A stretch of DNA of 64,000 bases from a virus. The position numbers and the translations under genes were made by a program. The DNA lies in the IMG/VR virus record IMGVR_UViG_2029527005_000007, positions 10,046 to 74,045 of that record. One strand, given 5' to 3'. This document shows positions 10,357 to 20,281 of this stretch, in pieces; positions within the stretch are counted from its first letter, which is position 1, and each line of letters begins with the position of its first letter. The notes beneath the pieces were generated by a model that was given only the letters and a program-made list of their open reading frames with translations, was not told the origin of the DNA and did not search any database.

Positions 10357-13300
10357 CTCAACGTCTGCACACGTACAGTGAGTTTTATCGCGCATACGTT
10401 CTGCGCAAAAAGAATGACCTGTTATCTCCGCGCTACCATGCCGTAGGTGACATCGTTCTACCAAAAGGTTCTGTTATCCACTACATGCCTTCGCATGACC
10501 AGGATGATGGCCCGAGCTATCCAGAAGCCTTTATTAGTAATTATCCGGGCGACGTCTATATTGATTTCCGTATGGGTTTCTCTCCGGTGTTGGGCGCAGG
10601 TCATAACGTTAACTTTAGTTTGCCGCCTGCGATTAAGTTTTACCGTAACCGCTTTTATCAGTACAAGTGGGCAAAAGATTTAGGTTTTGCCTATCGTCAA
10701 GAAAAGAACCTTGTTGTTCAGAACCATGCGTTGGCGTTTCGCACGTTCCGCTATACCGCTAACCTGTTTCTGAATTTTGTTAAAGCATATAACTCGCTGA
10801 ACCTGCTCGTTAACAGTGTGAACGAAGCTGGGAAAAACTACAAACAACGTCAGCAGTTTGTGCGCTTTGACTTGCCTGTTAACATGCCGAGTTTTAAGAT
10901 GTTAACAGAAGACACGGTCCGCTACGCAAAATCATTCAAGGATGGAAAGCCGCACGTCGACAACACAGTGCTTCGTTCGACCAAAGCAGAAAACTGCTAC
11001 TGGTTACTCGATTTACTGATGTGGCTGCGTGGTGACAAGGAACACACACTGTTTGCACACCTGGATCGCGACACCCTGAACAACGTCCAATTCATGTTTT
11101 GCTCCAACAGCCGTGTGTGGATCATTAATGCAGGTCTACTGTTATCATGGTTAGAACCAATTTGGTCCAAGCCCAACAAGATCGAGAATGCGGTTAAACG
11201 TATTTATCTTGACTTGATGAACTTGGTCAATGGTTCTTCGCCTGATGCTGCCCTGGAGCAGAGCAATGAAGAACAAATCAGTGGAGAACTGGCTGAAGGA
11301 GCGGGAGCTTCTACGAACGATAGCACTGGAAAAGATCAAGCACAATCCGGACGCGCTGGTCAAGGCAAAGCTGGCAAGGATGAGTCTGAAGAAGCTACTC
11401 CTGACCATGTTGATCTTGTCGATCTTTTCAGGACTAATCAAAAAGATTCTGCTAAGTCATCAGGAACCAATGGAACTGCGGGAAGCCCGAATGATGCAGG
11501 CGGCGCAGTGGACTTATCGGGAGCAGCAGAAGGAGCGACTTCAGGAGATGGAGCGGAACCCGGCTTTGAAGCTGGAAGCGGAGAAGGTCAGCAAGTAGAA
11601 CTCGACTGGTTAAGTCCGATTGACGATTTCTTGTTGGAGCCTGCCGTTGTCAGTGAAGCGATCAGCACGATCAAAGACGTGTTTGATTCTCCTACTGCGG
11701 GCATTAACTTAGCGCTGGAAGAGATGGCGCGTGAAGGTACACTGACGGTTCGTCAGAAAGCCTATTACGAAGAGAAAGCCAAAAGCTTCCAGAAGATCGC
11801 CATGCCAAACGGTCAGACTTTAGAAGAGTTCATCAAGATCTCTGATGAAGAACTGAAAAACATTGGCGGAGAGATCAAAGGTAACTTCCCAACGGTACGT
11901 GATAAAACCATGCTGCGTCAACGTGTGGTGGCTCTGCGTAACGACTATGCCAAGAAGTTCATGCACAAAGATATCGCCGCGGCGGTGTTGAACTTGCAGA
12001 ACGCCGGCATCATCCTCAGTGACTACGCCGTTGATCAGGTAGAGGACATTGAGGGAAGTTATCAAGTCCTGCGCATGCAGCTGATGCCTGTTAAAGGTAA
12101 ACCGGCTGTTCGCTCCTTCCCTATCCCCACCGTAGATGAAAACGGTGAGTTCCTGGTTGATGGAGTCAAGCAGTACTTCCAGTTCCAGCGTATCGAGAAA
12201 CCGATTCGTAAGATCAATGAAAGTCGTGTGGTACTGACCTCTTACTACGATAAGAAAGTCAACATCACGCGCAGTGAGATGGAAGCGGATAACTACGGCA
12301 GTAAACTGATTCGTCAGATTGCGCTGCTGGCCGAAGCCAAGAAACTCACCGTAAGCAACGCCAACTTGATTGATCGCAGCATCAAGTGTCCGCGTTACGT
12401 TACCATGCTTAACCGCAAATACCGTTTGATCAAAGTCAATGATGACCCGTTTGGTTTGGAGTTTAACTTCGATACCGACGCACTCATTGAGAAACACCCT
12501 GAGTGGAAATCCTTGAAAAAGGAAACCAGCTGGCCGGTGGGTGAGTATCGCGGTAAGCCAATGACTATCGACAGTCACGGTGTGGTGTATTTAGACGGTA
12601 CCGCTATGGGATCGTTTGAAGAACTGGTAGGCGTGGATGCAGGTAAACTGCCGATCGAACATGCGGTGATCAACGTCAACGGTTATAAGTTCCCTGCGGG
12701 TGTGGTGCTTTGCTACTACTTCGGCATTGACAAACTGTTGAAAGTGTTGCGTCCGACTTATCGCACTATTCCGGCGGGTCAACGTTACAAGTTAGCGGGT
12801 GATGAATTCGCTTTGACCTTTAACGATGAACAGCTGATCTTTAGCAAGCGTGAAGGTCTGGCGTCACTGGTGTTTGGTGGGATGGCTAAGCTGTCGAATA
12901 TGGTAAACTTCTCGCGCAGTGACCTCAACAGTCGTGGCGTGTGGGTGCCATTGATGGCGGATCCTAAAGTGCGTCCTCAGCACTTTAATGAGATGAAGAA
13001 CATGTTTGACCTCTTCATCGACCCTATTACCAAAGAGCGCCTGCGCAACATGGGGTATAGCGTAAGCTTCCACTACCTGTTGATTGACGGCATTAAACTG
13101 TTGTTAAACGATTTCACCACACACGAGGTGGAACTCGAAGAACAGCTGATCGTGGGTTACGAGCGTTTTGTCAGTCACATCTACGCTGAACTGTGTAAGA
13201 GTAACCGCCAGTTCAAGAACAAGACTGAGACAGGCAACCAGACGTTTGACCTTAACCCGCAAGCGGTGATTACCAACATCATTACCGACAGCTCTGCTGC

Positions 13301-14723
13301 ACTGGTAAAAGAGATGTCACCTTTCCACGTCGCGAAGTCTCAAGAAGACATTACCTTTGGTGGTTTCAAAGGGCGTGACGAACAGACCATGTTGAAACGT
13401 ACGCGTGCTCAGCTGAAGTCTTATAAAGGTGTAATCGGTGAGGCGAACAAGGATAACGGTAAAGTAGGCTTTGTGGGCTATACCGTAAGCGATCCGCGTA
13501 TTGCCGACTTCCGTGGTGCTGTGGATACCAAAGAAGATTCCCGTGATAGTCAGCTGCTGTCCTCTATCGGTAACCTGAAATACGGTACATGTCTCGATGA
13601 CCCGAAACGTTCATCATTCGCCAGTATTCAGAGTAGTCATGCGATCTCTGCGCGTAACTACACCCCGAACATTGTTCGTACCGGTCAAGACAACCTCTTT
13701 GCTCACCGCTTAGGTCCAACCTTTGCCAAGGTCGCGAAGAAGGCTGGTAAGATCGTTAAGATCACACCTGAAGGCATTGCTGTGCAATATGAAGACGGCA
13801 CGCTGGATAGTTGTGAACTGGGTCTGAAGCTGGGGCGTGCAGATGGTGAAGTCTACCGTCACACGTTAGTCACGGACATGAAAGAAGGGAAAACGTTTAC
13901 TGAAGGTGAAGTGTTGGCGTGGGATGATGAGTGGTTTGCTAAAGACCCGTATTGTCCTGGTCAGGTATCGGTTAAAACCGGTCGCATGACACGCGCTGCC
14001 TTCATGGAAGACCAAACGGTATACGAAGACTCCATGGAGTTCTGGAGTGGCTTGGCTGAAGAGTTCGTTACTCCAGTGCCAAAAGAGTTCACCTTCTTCG
14101 TTGATGCAGGTGAGACTATTAAGATTCGCCGCAAGGTTGGTGATAAAGTTGAGTTCGACTCGATTTTATGCGAAGTTTTGGATAGCTATGTCGACAACTT
14201 TGAAAGTGAAGACGATGTCCTAAATGAAATTAACCGAGCGGGTATCAAGCAAATCAAATCTTCCTACGCCGGAGAAGTTATCGCAATTGAAGTTGCGTAT
14301 AATGCTGTGGAAGAGGAGATGAGCGACTCTGTGAAAAAACTAGTGCGCGAGCACGACAAGAAGCGTCGGGACCTGTCTACCTTCTTAGGTAAAGGTGCCA
14401 TGAACAACCGCGTAGGTACCGGTATCAACGTGAAGAAACCGAGCATTCCTTATGGACGTGTTCGCATCAGTATTTACGTTGAAGGTCTGAGTTCAGCTAC
14501 TGTATCAGATAAGTTTGTCTACGGCAACCAGATGAAGGGAACCGTGGGTCATATCGTATCACGTCAGATGCATACTGAAGATGGTCGCCCTGTGCCGTTG
14601 AAGTTCAGCTTCAAGTCAATGTTTAAACGTATGGTTATCAGCTTGCGGAACAAAGCTTGCTTAACCGAGTACTCTTACGGAGTTAAAGACCAGTTCATCA
14701 ACATCTATAGAGGAAATGCGTAA
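10353..14723 (+). CDS. Virion RNA polymerase beta subunit (gp178-like)
   Basis: RpoB-like motifs FLVDGVKQYFQFQRI, DDPKRSSFASIQSSH, AFMEDQTVYEDS, DKFVYGNQMKGTV; 1456 aa. Confidence 0.9.
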   Translation: MTQRLHTYSEFYRAYVLRKKNDLLSPRYHAVGDIVLPKGSVIHYMPSHDQDDGPSYPEAFISNYPGDVYIDFRMGFSPVLGAGHNVNFSLPPAIKFYRNRFYQYKWAKDLGFAYRQEKNLVVQNHALAFRTFRYTANLFLNFVKAYNSLNLLVNSVNEAGKNYKQRQQFVRFDLPVNMPSFKMLTEDTVRYAKSFKDGKPHVDNTVLRSTKAENCYWLLDLLMWLRGDKEHTLFAHLDRDTLNNVQFMFCSNSRVWIINAGLLLSWLEPIWSKPNKIENAVKRIYLDLMNLVNGSSPDAALEQSNEEQISGELAEGAGASTNDSTGKDQAQSGRAGQGKAGKDESEEATPDHVDLVDLFRTNQKDSAKSSGTNGTAGSPNDAGGAVDLSGAAEGATSGDGAEPGFEAGSGEGQQVELDWLSPIDDFLLEPAVVSEAISTIKDVFDSPTAGINLALEEMAREGTLTVRQKAYYEEKAKSFQKIAMPNGQTLEEFIKISDEELKNIGGEIKGNFPTVRDKTMLRQRVVALRNDYAKKFMHKDIAAAVLNLQNAGIILSDYAVDQVEDIEGSYQVLRMQLMPVKGKPAVRSFPIPTVDENGEFLVDGVKQYFQFQRIEKPIRKINESRVVLTSYYDKKVNITRSEMEADNYGSKLIRQIALLAEAKKLTVSNANLIDRSIKCPRYVTMLNRKYRLIKVNDDPFGLEFNFDTDALIEKHPEWKSLKKETSWPVGEYRGKPMTIDSHGVVYLDGTAMGSFEELVGVDAGKLPIEHAVINVNGYKFPAGVVLCYYFGIDKLLKVLRPTYRTIPAGQRYKLAGDEFALTFNDEQLIFSKREGLASLVFGGMAKLSNMVNFSRSDLNSRGVWVPLMADPKVRPQHFNEMKNMFDLFIDPITKERLRNMGYSVSFHYLLIDGIKLLLNDFTTHEVELEEQLIVGYERFVSHIYAELCKSNRQFKNKTETGNQTFDLNPQAVITNIITDSSAALVKEMSPFHVAKSQEDITFGGFKGRDEQTMLKRTRAQLKSYKGVIGEANKDNGKVGFVGYTVSDPRIADFRGAVDTKEDSRDSQLLSSIGNLKYGTCLDDPKRSSFASIQSSHAISARNYTPNIVRTGQDNLFAHRLGPTFAKVAKKAGKIVKITPEGIAVQYEDGTLDSCELGLKLGRADGEVYRHTLVTDMKEGKTFTEGEVLAWDDEWFAKDPYCPGQVSVKTGRMTRAAFMEDQTVYEDSMEFWSGLAEEFVTPVPKEFTFFVDAGETIKIRRKVGDKVEFDSILCEVLDSYVDNFESEDDVLNEINRAGIKQIKSSYAGEVIAIEVAYNAVEEEMSDSVKKLVREHDKKRRDLSTFLGKGAMNNRVGTGINVKKPSIPYGRVRISIYVEGLSSATVSDKFVYGNQMKGTVGHIVSRQMHTEDGRPVPLKFSFKSMFKRMVISLRNKACLTEYSYGVKDQFINIYRGNA

Positions 14724-15593
14724 ATGATTAATTCCGGCGTCAATGCAATTAAAGACCTGCAAGTGGGACTGTCTGAGTCACGTTTGTACAATGGTCGTAT
14801 TGATGGCGTCTGGGGTAAAGGCAGCACGGATGCTGTCAACTTGCTACTCGCTACCGCTGCTAAAAAGCGTAACGTTGTTGCTCCGGTGGGGGGACTTGTT
14901 CCCTCCGCTTCCCCAGAAGCGATTTTAATGGATATTCAAAAAGCCCTGACAGCCCTTGGCCTGTACACTGGTCGTGCTGACGGTTTGTATGGTGACGGCA
15001 CATCGCTGGCGTTTTACACCATCAACAAAGAGTATCGTCAAGACAACAATCTGCCGGAGTGGGATATCTGCTGGAGCGCGCGCGTTTCTACGGACTTTAC
15101 TCAGGCCGTAAAAGATTGGGCTGATAAAGCCGGTCTGGGTTGGCGTGGCGCGCATTGCGCAATGGGCTGTATGGGTTTTGAATCCGCAGGCACTTTCCGT
15201 CCGGATATCCAAAACATGGCGGGTGCTCAAGCTTACGGTTTACTGCAGTTCATGGCGCCTGCTGCTTCTGACCTCCGTACCACTGTGGATGCGCTCAAAT
15301 GCATGACTCAGATGGAGCAGCTGCAATACGTGTTCAAGTATTTCGACATGCGTCAGCGCGCTTACGGCATCTTTAAACGCCTGGATGATTTCTATCTGAG
15401 CGTGTTCTATCCGAAAGCCATCGGTCATGCGCCGAATGAGATTATCTTCCAGAAAGGCACTAAAGGCTATACGCAAAACGCCGGTCTGGACATGAACCGC
15501 GATAACCTCATCACTATCGGTGAAATCTCTGCCCGCATTTATGCCTCCTACTACGAAGGCATGCAGCTCAACAACAGGAAGATCAAACAATGA
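14724..15593 (+). CDS. Peptidoglycan-binding plus lysozyme-like (transglycosylase-fold) hydrolase
   Basis: Two PG-binding repeats (LYNGRIDGVWG, LYTGRADGLYG), then FES...GLLQFM lysozyme-like core and a C-terminal DMNRDNLIT EF-hand-like loop. Confidence 0.75.
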   Translation: MINSGVNAIKDLQVGLSESRLYNGRIDGVWGKGSTDAVNLLLATAAKKRNVVAPVGGLVPSASPEAILMDIQKALTALGLYTGRADGLYGDGTSLAFYTINKEYRQDNNLPEWDICWSARVSTDFTQAVKDWADKAGLGWRGAHCAMGCMGFESAGTFRPDIQNMAGAQAYGLLQFMAPAASDLRTTVDALKCMTQMEQLQYVFKYFDMRQRAYGIFKRLDDFYLSVFYPKAIGHAPNEIIFQKGTKGYTQNAGLDMNRDNLITIGEISARIYASYYEGMQLNNRKIKQ

Positions 15594-15763
15594 GCAACCC
15601 GTCTTTTGTAAAGAACGTTGTCGCCATCGCTATTACCACTCAACTGGTAAAGAAGGCCGTCGCCAAACTGGGCTACGAACATATCGCGCCGCTGGATCCT
15701 GCTATTCAGGATGAAAAGATCAGCAAAGCCATTAACCAGAAACTCCGTCAACTGCCGCAGTAA
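15590..15763 (+). CDS. 57-aa hypothetical protein
   Basis: ATGA overlap with the upstream stop; MSNPSFVKNVVAIAITTQLVKKAVAKLGYEHIAPLDPAIQDEKISKAINQKLRQLPQ; fills the gap before 15773. Confidence 0.65.
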   Translation: MSNPSFVKNVVAIAITTQLVKKAVAKLGYEHIAPLDPAIQDEKISKAINQKLRQLPQ

Positions 15764-15772
15764 GGAACTCGC

Positions 15773-17302
15773 ATGTTAACTACTAAAACTTTAGCTATTG
15801 CCGAAGCGTTGGCTGTCAGTGTACCCAATGCAGACGTAATGGCCCAGGTAAGCCCGGTGGTGGTTGCCCTGGCAGATAACCTGGAAGGTGTCCTGCCGCT
15901 GCAGCCCGATACCTACATGGCGCGTATTCCTGAGCTCAGTGCGACCTCTCCTGAGTACGGTGTGATCAGCGATGAAGTCACTACCGCGCTGGCGGAAAAC
16001 CTGCGTGCTACGTTGGAACAGATTCGTGTGTACGGTCGCGGTGTCTCTGGCGCAATCAGCTCTGCGCTGAACCAAAGCGATCTGATGATCTCTAAAGCCA
16101 ACCTGATGGCGAAGAACTTCCTGATGGGTTCGCTGGATCTTCAGTTTATCCGTACCGACCATCCGTTCTACAGTTCTCTGTTCTATCCGTTGAAAGCCCC
16201 GGTGCTGGCGCTGAGCTTTGAACAGGTTAGCGTTGACGAGCTGCGTAAAGTGCGCTTTGCTCGTTGGGAAGCCAATCAGATCCAAAGCTGGCTGAATATC
16301 GACAACCCGGAAATCAACGAACTGTTGATGAGCTCTAACGTTGACGTGACTTCAGCCCTGACCGGTCTGGGTGAAGCGTGGGATCTGCCGTTTGAATTTG
16401 ATCACGACAACAACACCATCAACTTCACCAAGCCGAAAATGAACTACGCCGAAACGCTGTTCATTCAATACATCCTGCTGAGCAAAATGGTTGCGGAAGA
16501 TGCACCGTTTGAAGGTCTGGTTGCTGGCGGTCTGGAAGAGTATCGTTCGCACATCGGTTTCCTGCACGCTGCTTACCAGAAAGCACTGGTTGAACTGAAA
16601 GCCATGGTGTCGACCCTGGTTACTCTGCCGATTCGTATCGTGGAAAACGGTGACGTAGCTCTGCGTGAAGCGACTCCGGTTGAAGGCAGCAAAATGTTCA
16701 AGCGCGTGCGCGCCAAAGCCACTGTGTATTACAACGCAGCCGGCCTGGATATGTGCATGAGCACAGGGATGAACTTCTCTGATGTGGCGGTTGCCTATTT
16801 CTACCGCAAGTACCTGAGCCTGGATCCGTCCATTGCCGCGGGTTACGTTAACGACATGGAAGGTGCTAAAAGCTATCTCGGAGATCTGACCTCTCAGGTT
16901 ATTCAGGTAGCGCGTGATGCATCTGCTATTGTCTACAACAGCGTGGTTGCGCAGGCCCTGTTCAAGTTCATTGCCTCTTCTCCGGAGCTGGCAGAGCGTT
17001 TCTCTTCTGAAGGCGACACCGCATCCATCCAAATTGCAGTGGATAAATTCATGGGCGAGAAGAGCTACGGCAACCAGCTGTTCCACCTTCTGTCAGAAAC
17101 CAAACTTTCTACAGAAGACGCGGTATTCAGCGCTGACCTGCCAACTGACTTCCTGCGCTTCATCGGTTGTCACGATGCCTGCTCGGTACTGGGCATGACC
17201 ATTACCCTGGGCAACATCGACGACTGCGAAGTGACGCGTCGCGAAAACCTGCATGTCGCGGTGATCAATCACTTCGTTAATAAACTCTTTACGGCGGAAT
17301 AA
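15773..17302 (+). CDS. Virion head-associated protein (gp177-like position)
   Basis: 509 aa, strong high-expression codon bias, lies between vRNAP and the protease as in phiKZ-like phages. Confidence 0.6.
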   Translation: MLTTKTLAIAEALAVSVPNADVMAQVSPVVVALADNLEGVLPLQPDTYMARIPELSATSPEYGVISDEVTTALAENLRATLEQIRVYGRGVSGAISSALNQSDLMISKANLMAKNFLMGSLDLQFIRTDHPFYSSLFYPLKAPVLALSFEQVSVDELRKVRFARWEANQIQSWLNIDNPEINELLMSSNVDVTSALTGLGEAWDLPFEFDHDNNTINFTKPKMNYAETLFIQYILLSKMVAEDAPFEGLVAGGLEEYRSHIGFLHAAYQKALVELKAMVSTLVTLPIRIVENGDVALREATPVEGSKMFKRVRAKATVYYNAAGLDMCMSTGMNFSDVAVAYFYRKYLSLDPSIAAGYVNDMEGAKSYLGDLTSQVIQVARDASAIVYNSVVAQALFKFIASSPELAERFSSEGDTASIQIAVDKFMGEKSYGNQLFHLLSETKLSTEDAVFSADLPTDFLRFIGCHDACSVLGMTITLGNIDDCEVTRRENLHVAVINHFVNKLFTAE

Positions 17303-17304
17303 TA

Positions 17305-18036
17305 ATGGATATAACTGGACTGGTTAAGAATCCTGAGAAAGTTAAAAAGGCGTTGACTATCCTGGAGGACGGTTCGGTTATAGCCAACCGCAATTTGTTT
17401 ATTCAGATCCCTCGTCGCTTTACTCAGAATGGGTTAGCCGAGATCACTGACTTTGTGACCACGGCGCCCGTGTTGGGCATTATCTTGCCTGACGACTGTT
17501 ACTGCTGTTTCCTGTCGATGCTGAACATGAACTTATATCCCACGGATATGACGGACGTCAGCATCAATGGCGACAAGTACGTGCACATGGAGTTCTTTAA
17601 GGGTGACACGGTGTTTGAAAACGTCCGTAGCTCTATTGACCCCAACATGCCGTATTACTACTTCATGGAGTTTGTGAACTACGCCAAGATTCCGTGGTAC
17701 ATGGACTGGAAAGTTCACAGCACGCTGTTTGACTCCGCGTTAGCAGAACTGGGTAAAAAGGTAGGGGCGTCTCCGCAGGTCATGCGTACTCTTTTCTCGA
17801 TCATCTATCGTGACCCGGATGATTTAGAGAAGCCCTATCGTGGCAGCAAAGCCATGAAGGAGGGCAGGGACCCAGTGATCGTCGGCTTGAACAACCCAAG
17901 CATGTTGATCACTGATAGCTTCTCCCGTTACATTGGCGGCTACTTAAACGATAACCTCCTGTCCAGCATCATCAAGCCAAGTGATAAAGTCACTGGACTG
18001 GATAAAATGATTAGGGGTATTCCAACCGATGAGTAA
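17305..18036 (+). CDS. Virion protein, probable small vRNAP subunit (gp176/SPN3US gp244-like)
   Basis: 243 aa immediately upstream of the prohead protease; assignment from recalled synteny only. Confidence 0.5.
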   Translation: MDITGLVKNPEKVKKALTILEDGSVIANRNLFIQIPRRFTQNGLAEITDFVTTAPVLGIILPDDCYCCFLSMLNMNLYPTDMTDVSINGDKYVHMEFFKGDTVFENVRSSIDPNMPYYYFMEFVNYAKIPWYMDWKVHSTLFDSALAELGKKVGASPQVMRTLFSIIYRDPDDLEKPYRGSKAMKEGRDPVIVGLNNPSMLITDSFSRYIGGYLNDNLLSSIIKPSDKVTGLDKMIRGIPTDE

Positions 18037-18928
18037 CATCTTAACGCCTTCTCGTCAGTTGGTGAATCAACAAGGTCAAACTCTGACCTTTGAGAACACA
18101 CTGCTGGCTGGAAGCGGAAAACGTGGGGTCTTGAGCCCTATGGATGATTCTGGTTACTACATGATGAATGCGGGTAAGTTAAACGCTCCGCTTCGTCTGG
18201 GTCATTCCTATCCCGTGAATGAATACATTATGGAGTGTATGGATCCCAATAGTGACCTGATGCGTCGTGTGGCACGTGGCGAAGTGTATGCCGAGCTCGG
18301 TCACCCGCAACCGTTCTACCTCGAGCGCGTCAACGGTATGGTGGTTCGTACACCGATCACTGAAGCGTTTGAATGGGTCATGCGTCTGCGTACCATTGTG
18401 ATGGACAACGTGTGCTTGCACATTCGTCGTATTCACTTTGATATGCTGGGCGGTCGTTATGACCCGGTGATGATGCGTGCCGAGATCATTCCGTTTGGCA
18501 CGCACAAGCAACTGGCTGAAGATAGCCTGAAGAATCCAGATATCAACACAGCGCTGAGCATGCGTACTGTGACCGCACCGCAGAAGATGGGCGATAAAAC
18601 GCGCATGATTGAATACTTCTGCAACTTTGACCTGGTGTTTGAACCGGGTGCAGCGGAAGCGTGTAAACATCTCACGGCCGGTCTGGAAGATCTGTTGTCT
18701 GGTATGGGTAACAGCTTTGATCCTTCTACAGCGGGTTCCATTAGCTTTACCGTGGATACGCTGGTCGATGCTTGGGAAACGCACCGTAACAATCCTGACG
18801 TTGTGGCACGCTTTGCCGGTATGGAAAGCTTCAACGACATGGATAACGTGATTGCGACTATCAAGCGTAATAACAAAGGCAGCAAAGTTGTCAACACCGT
18901 TAACACCGGTTGCTTTAACCTGTTCTAA
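18029..18928 (+). CDS. Prohead protease (gp175-like, T4 gp21-type serine protease)
   Basis: GEVYAELGHP (His), ALSMRT (Ser), FDLVFEPG motifs; C-terminal AGLE/AGME candidate self-cleavage sites. Confidence 0.85.
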   Translation: MSNILTPSRQLVNQQGQTLTFENTLLAGSGKRGVLSPMDDSGYYMMNAGKLNAPLRLGHSYPVNEYIMECMDPNSDLMRRVARGEVYAELGHPQPFYLERVNGMVVRTPITEAFEWVMRLRTIVMDNVCLHIRRIHFDMLGGRYDPVMMRAEIIPFGTHKQLAEDSLKNPDINTALSMRTVTAPQKMGDKTRMIEYFCNFDLVFEPGAAEACKHLTAGLEDLLSGMGNSFDPSTAGSISFTVDTLVDAWETHRNNPDVVARFAGMESFNDMDNVIATIKRNNKGSKVVNTVNTGCFNLF

Positions 18929-18934
18929 GAAACC

Positions 18935-18970
18935 AATTAAGTTGTGGCATCGCGCCACAACTTAATTTTA
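18935..18970 (+). terminator. Intrinsic terminator ending the vRNAP/head operon
   Basis: Perfect 14-bp inverted repeat AATTAAGTTGTGGC/GCCACAACTTAATT followed by Ts. Confidence 0.75.
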
Positions 18971-18998
18971 AACGATTACAATAAAAAGTTTTATGACT

Positions 18999-19016
18999 CT
19001 ACATTACTTGGGTGAA
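18999..19016 (+). promoter_or_regulatory. Putative early (vRNAP) promoter
   Basis: CTACATTACTTGGGTGAA; variant of the recurring motif related to the phiKZ early TATTAC core. Confidence 0.6.
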
Positions 19017-19042
19017 TGAAACCACTTAATGTCGAGGTAAAC

Positions 19043-19420
19043 ATGAAACGACTATTAGCGTCAATACTGTTAGTGTGTCTTTCAGGCTCTTCTTTTGCCA
19101 ACACCATATTCGAATGCGAAACCGCTCGAGGTAAGGCAGTGTTGGAGAGAGTTCACGGTCGTTTAGTCTTTGATCTTCAAATGTCGACCTGCATGCTCGA
19201 AGCGGAAAAGCTTGAACCTATAGTTAATCGAGGACTGGGTTATGATAGCTGGGAATTACCGTTGGCAAATAATTCGCAACTGTGCTCCTATGCTATAGAG
19301 TTTGTCGACGATGGAACTATGCAACAATACTCTGTGGTGCAATACACTAATGGTCAAAGAACCGAAAGTATTTGCGAAAAAGATTCCGTCGAAGACCACG
19401 TCTTTGATAACCCCCAATGA
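19043..19420 (+). CDS. Exported small protein with signal peptide
   Basis: GAGG RBS; MKRLLASILLVCLSGSSFA signal peptide with SFA cleavage site; Cys near both ends of the mature part. Confidence 0.7.
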   Translation: MKRLLASILLVCLSGSSFANTIFECETARGKAVLERVHGRLVFDLQMSTCMLEAEKLEPIVNRGLGYDSWELPLANNSQLCSYAIEFVDDGTMQQYSVVQYTNGQRTESICEKDSVEDHVFDNPQ

Positions 19421-19435
19421 TAAAAGGATATAACC

Positions 19436-20104
19436 ATGAACCTTCCACAACTTTCTGTGTCGAAACATCAAGAGCTGTATCAGATTACCCAGATTGGCGG
19501 CGCCATTGGGAACGAGAATCTGCTGCGTGCTATGTTTGATGAATCGCGGAAATTCTGGAATGCTGCTGTTGATGCCGCGTCAGGCGCACATCTGATCGAA
19601 GGCATCGTTATGAATAACGAAGCAAAGGCAGCGGCTATTACGGACTACGCGTTACAGCTGAGCAACCTGTTCATCACCAGCCATTACCCAACAATGAGCC
19701 TGATGACCAAGCGCGCTTACAGCCTCAACACTGAGCACCGTAAAAGCGTGGTCTATCGCATGTCTGCGCTGCGTTTCAACAACAACGTTGAACTGTTCCG
19801 CGCGATCGTGGCGGATCTGCTGTGTTTTGATCCGTTTGTTGTTTCTATGGCCCTCACTGATTCTAAAGAGGAAAAGACCCGGCTGCTGACTAAGTTCATT
19901 GCCAGCGCCAACGGTGATTACCTGGCGGAGGAAGATTGGAATCCAACGCATGAAGAACTCTTTGAGAACTTACTGACGATTGATTTCCATGAAAAGCGTG
20001 AGGAGCTGATTAATGCATGCCTCCAGAACAGCATCGGAACCAACCACGGTGTCGAAATCTACCAGCTCCTCGAAGACGCAATCAAGTCCGTGTCAGGAAA
20101 GTAA
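19436..20104 (+). CDS. Hypothetical protein
   Basis: 222-aa ORF with AAGGA RBS. Confidence 0.7.
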   Translation: MNLPQLSVSKHQELYQITQIGGAIGNENLLRAMFDESRKFWNAAVDAASGAHLIEGIVMNNEAKAAAITDYALQLSNLFITSHYPTMSLMTKRAYSLNTEHRKSVVYRMSALRFNNNVELFRAIVADLLCFDPFVVSMALTDSKEEKTRLLTKFIASANGDYLAEEDWNPTHEELFENLLTIDFHEKREELINACLQNSIGTNHGVEIYQLLEDAIKSVSGK

Positions 20105-20230
20105 TCGTCCGCTCACCGATGAAGAGATCGCCTTGATGTTGCCTAGCACTTGTAAGCCGGGCAAGGTCAAGTCTTTCTTCTGCACCGTCGTAGAGATCTT
20201 CTGCATATTCTAATACAGTTTATCTCAGAT

Positions 20231-20248
20231 CTATATTACTTGGATGAA
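20231..20248 (+). promoter_or_regulatory. Putative early promoter
   Basis: CTATATTACTTGGATGAA. Confidence 0.65.
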
Positions 20249-20281
20249 TAAACTTAGTTAATTTAATCAAGGGGTAGTAAA

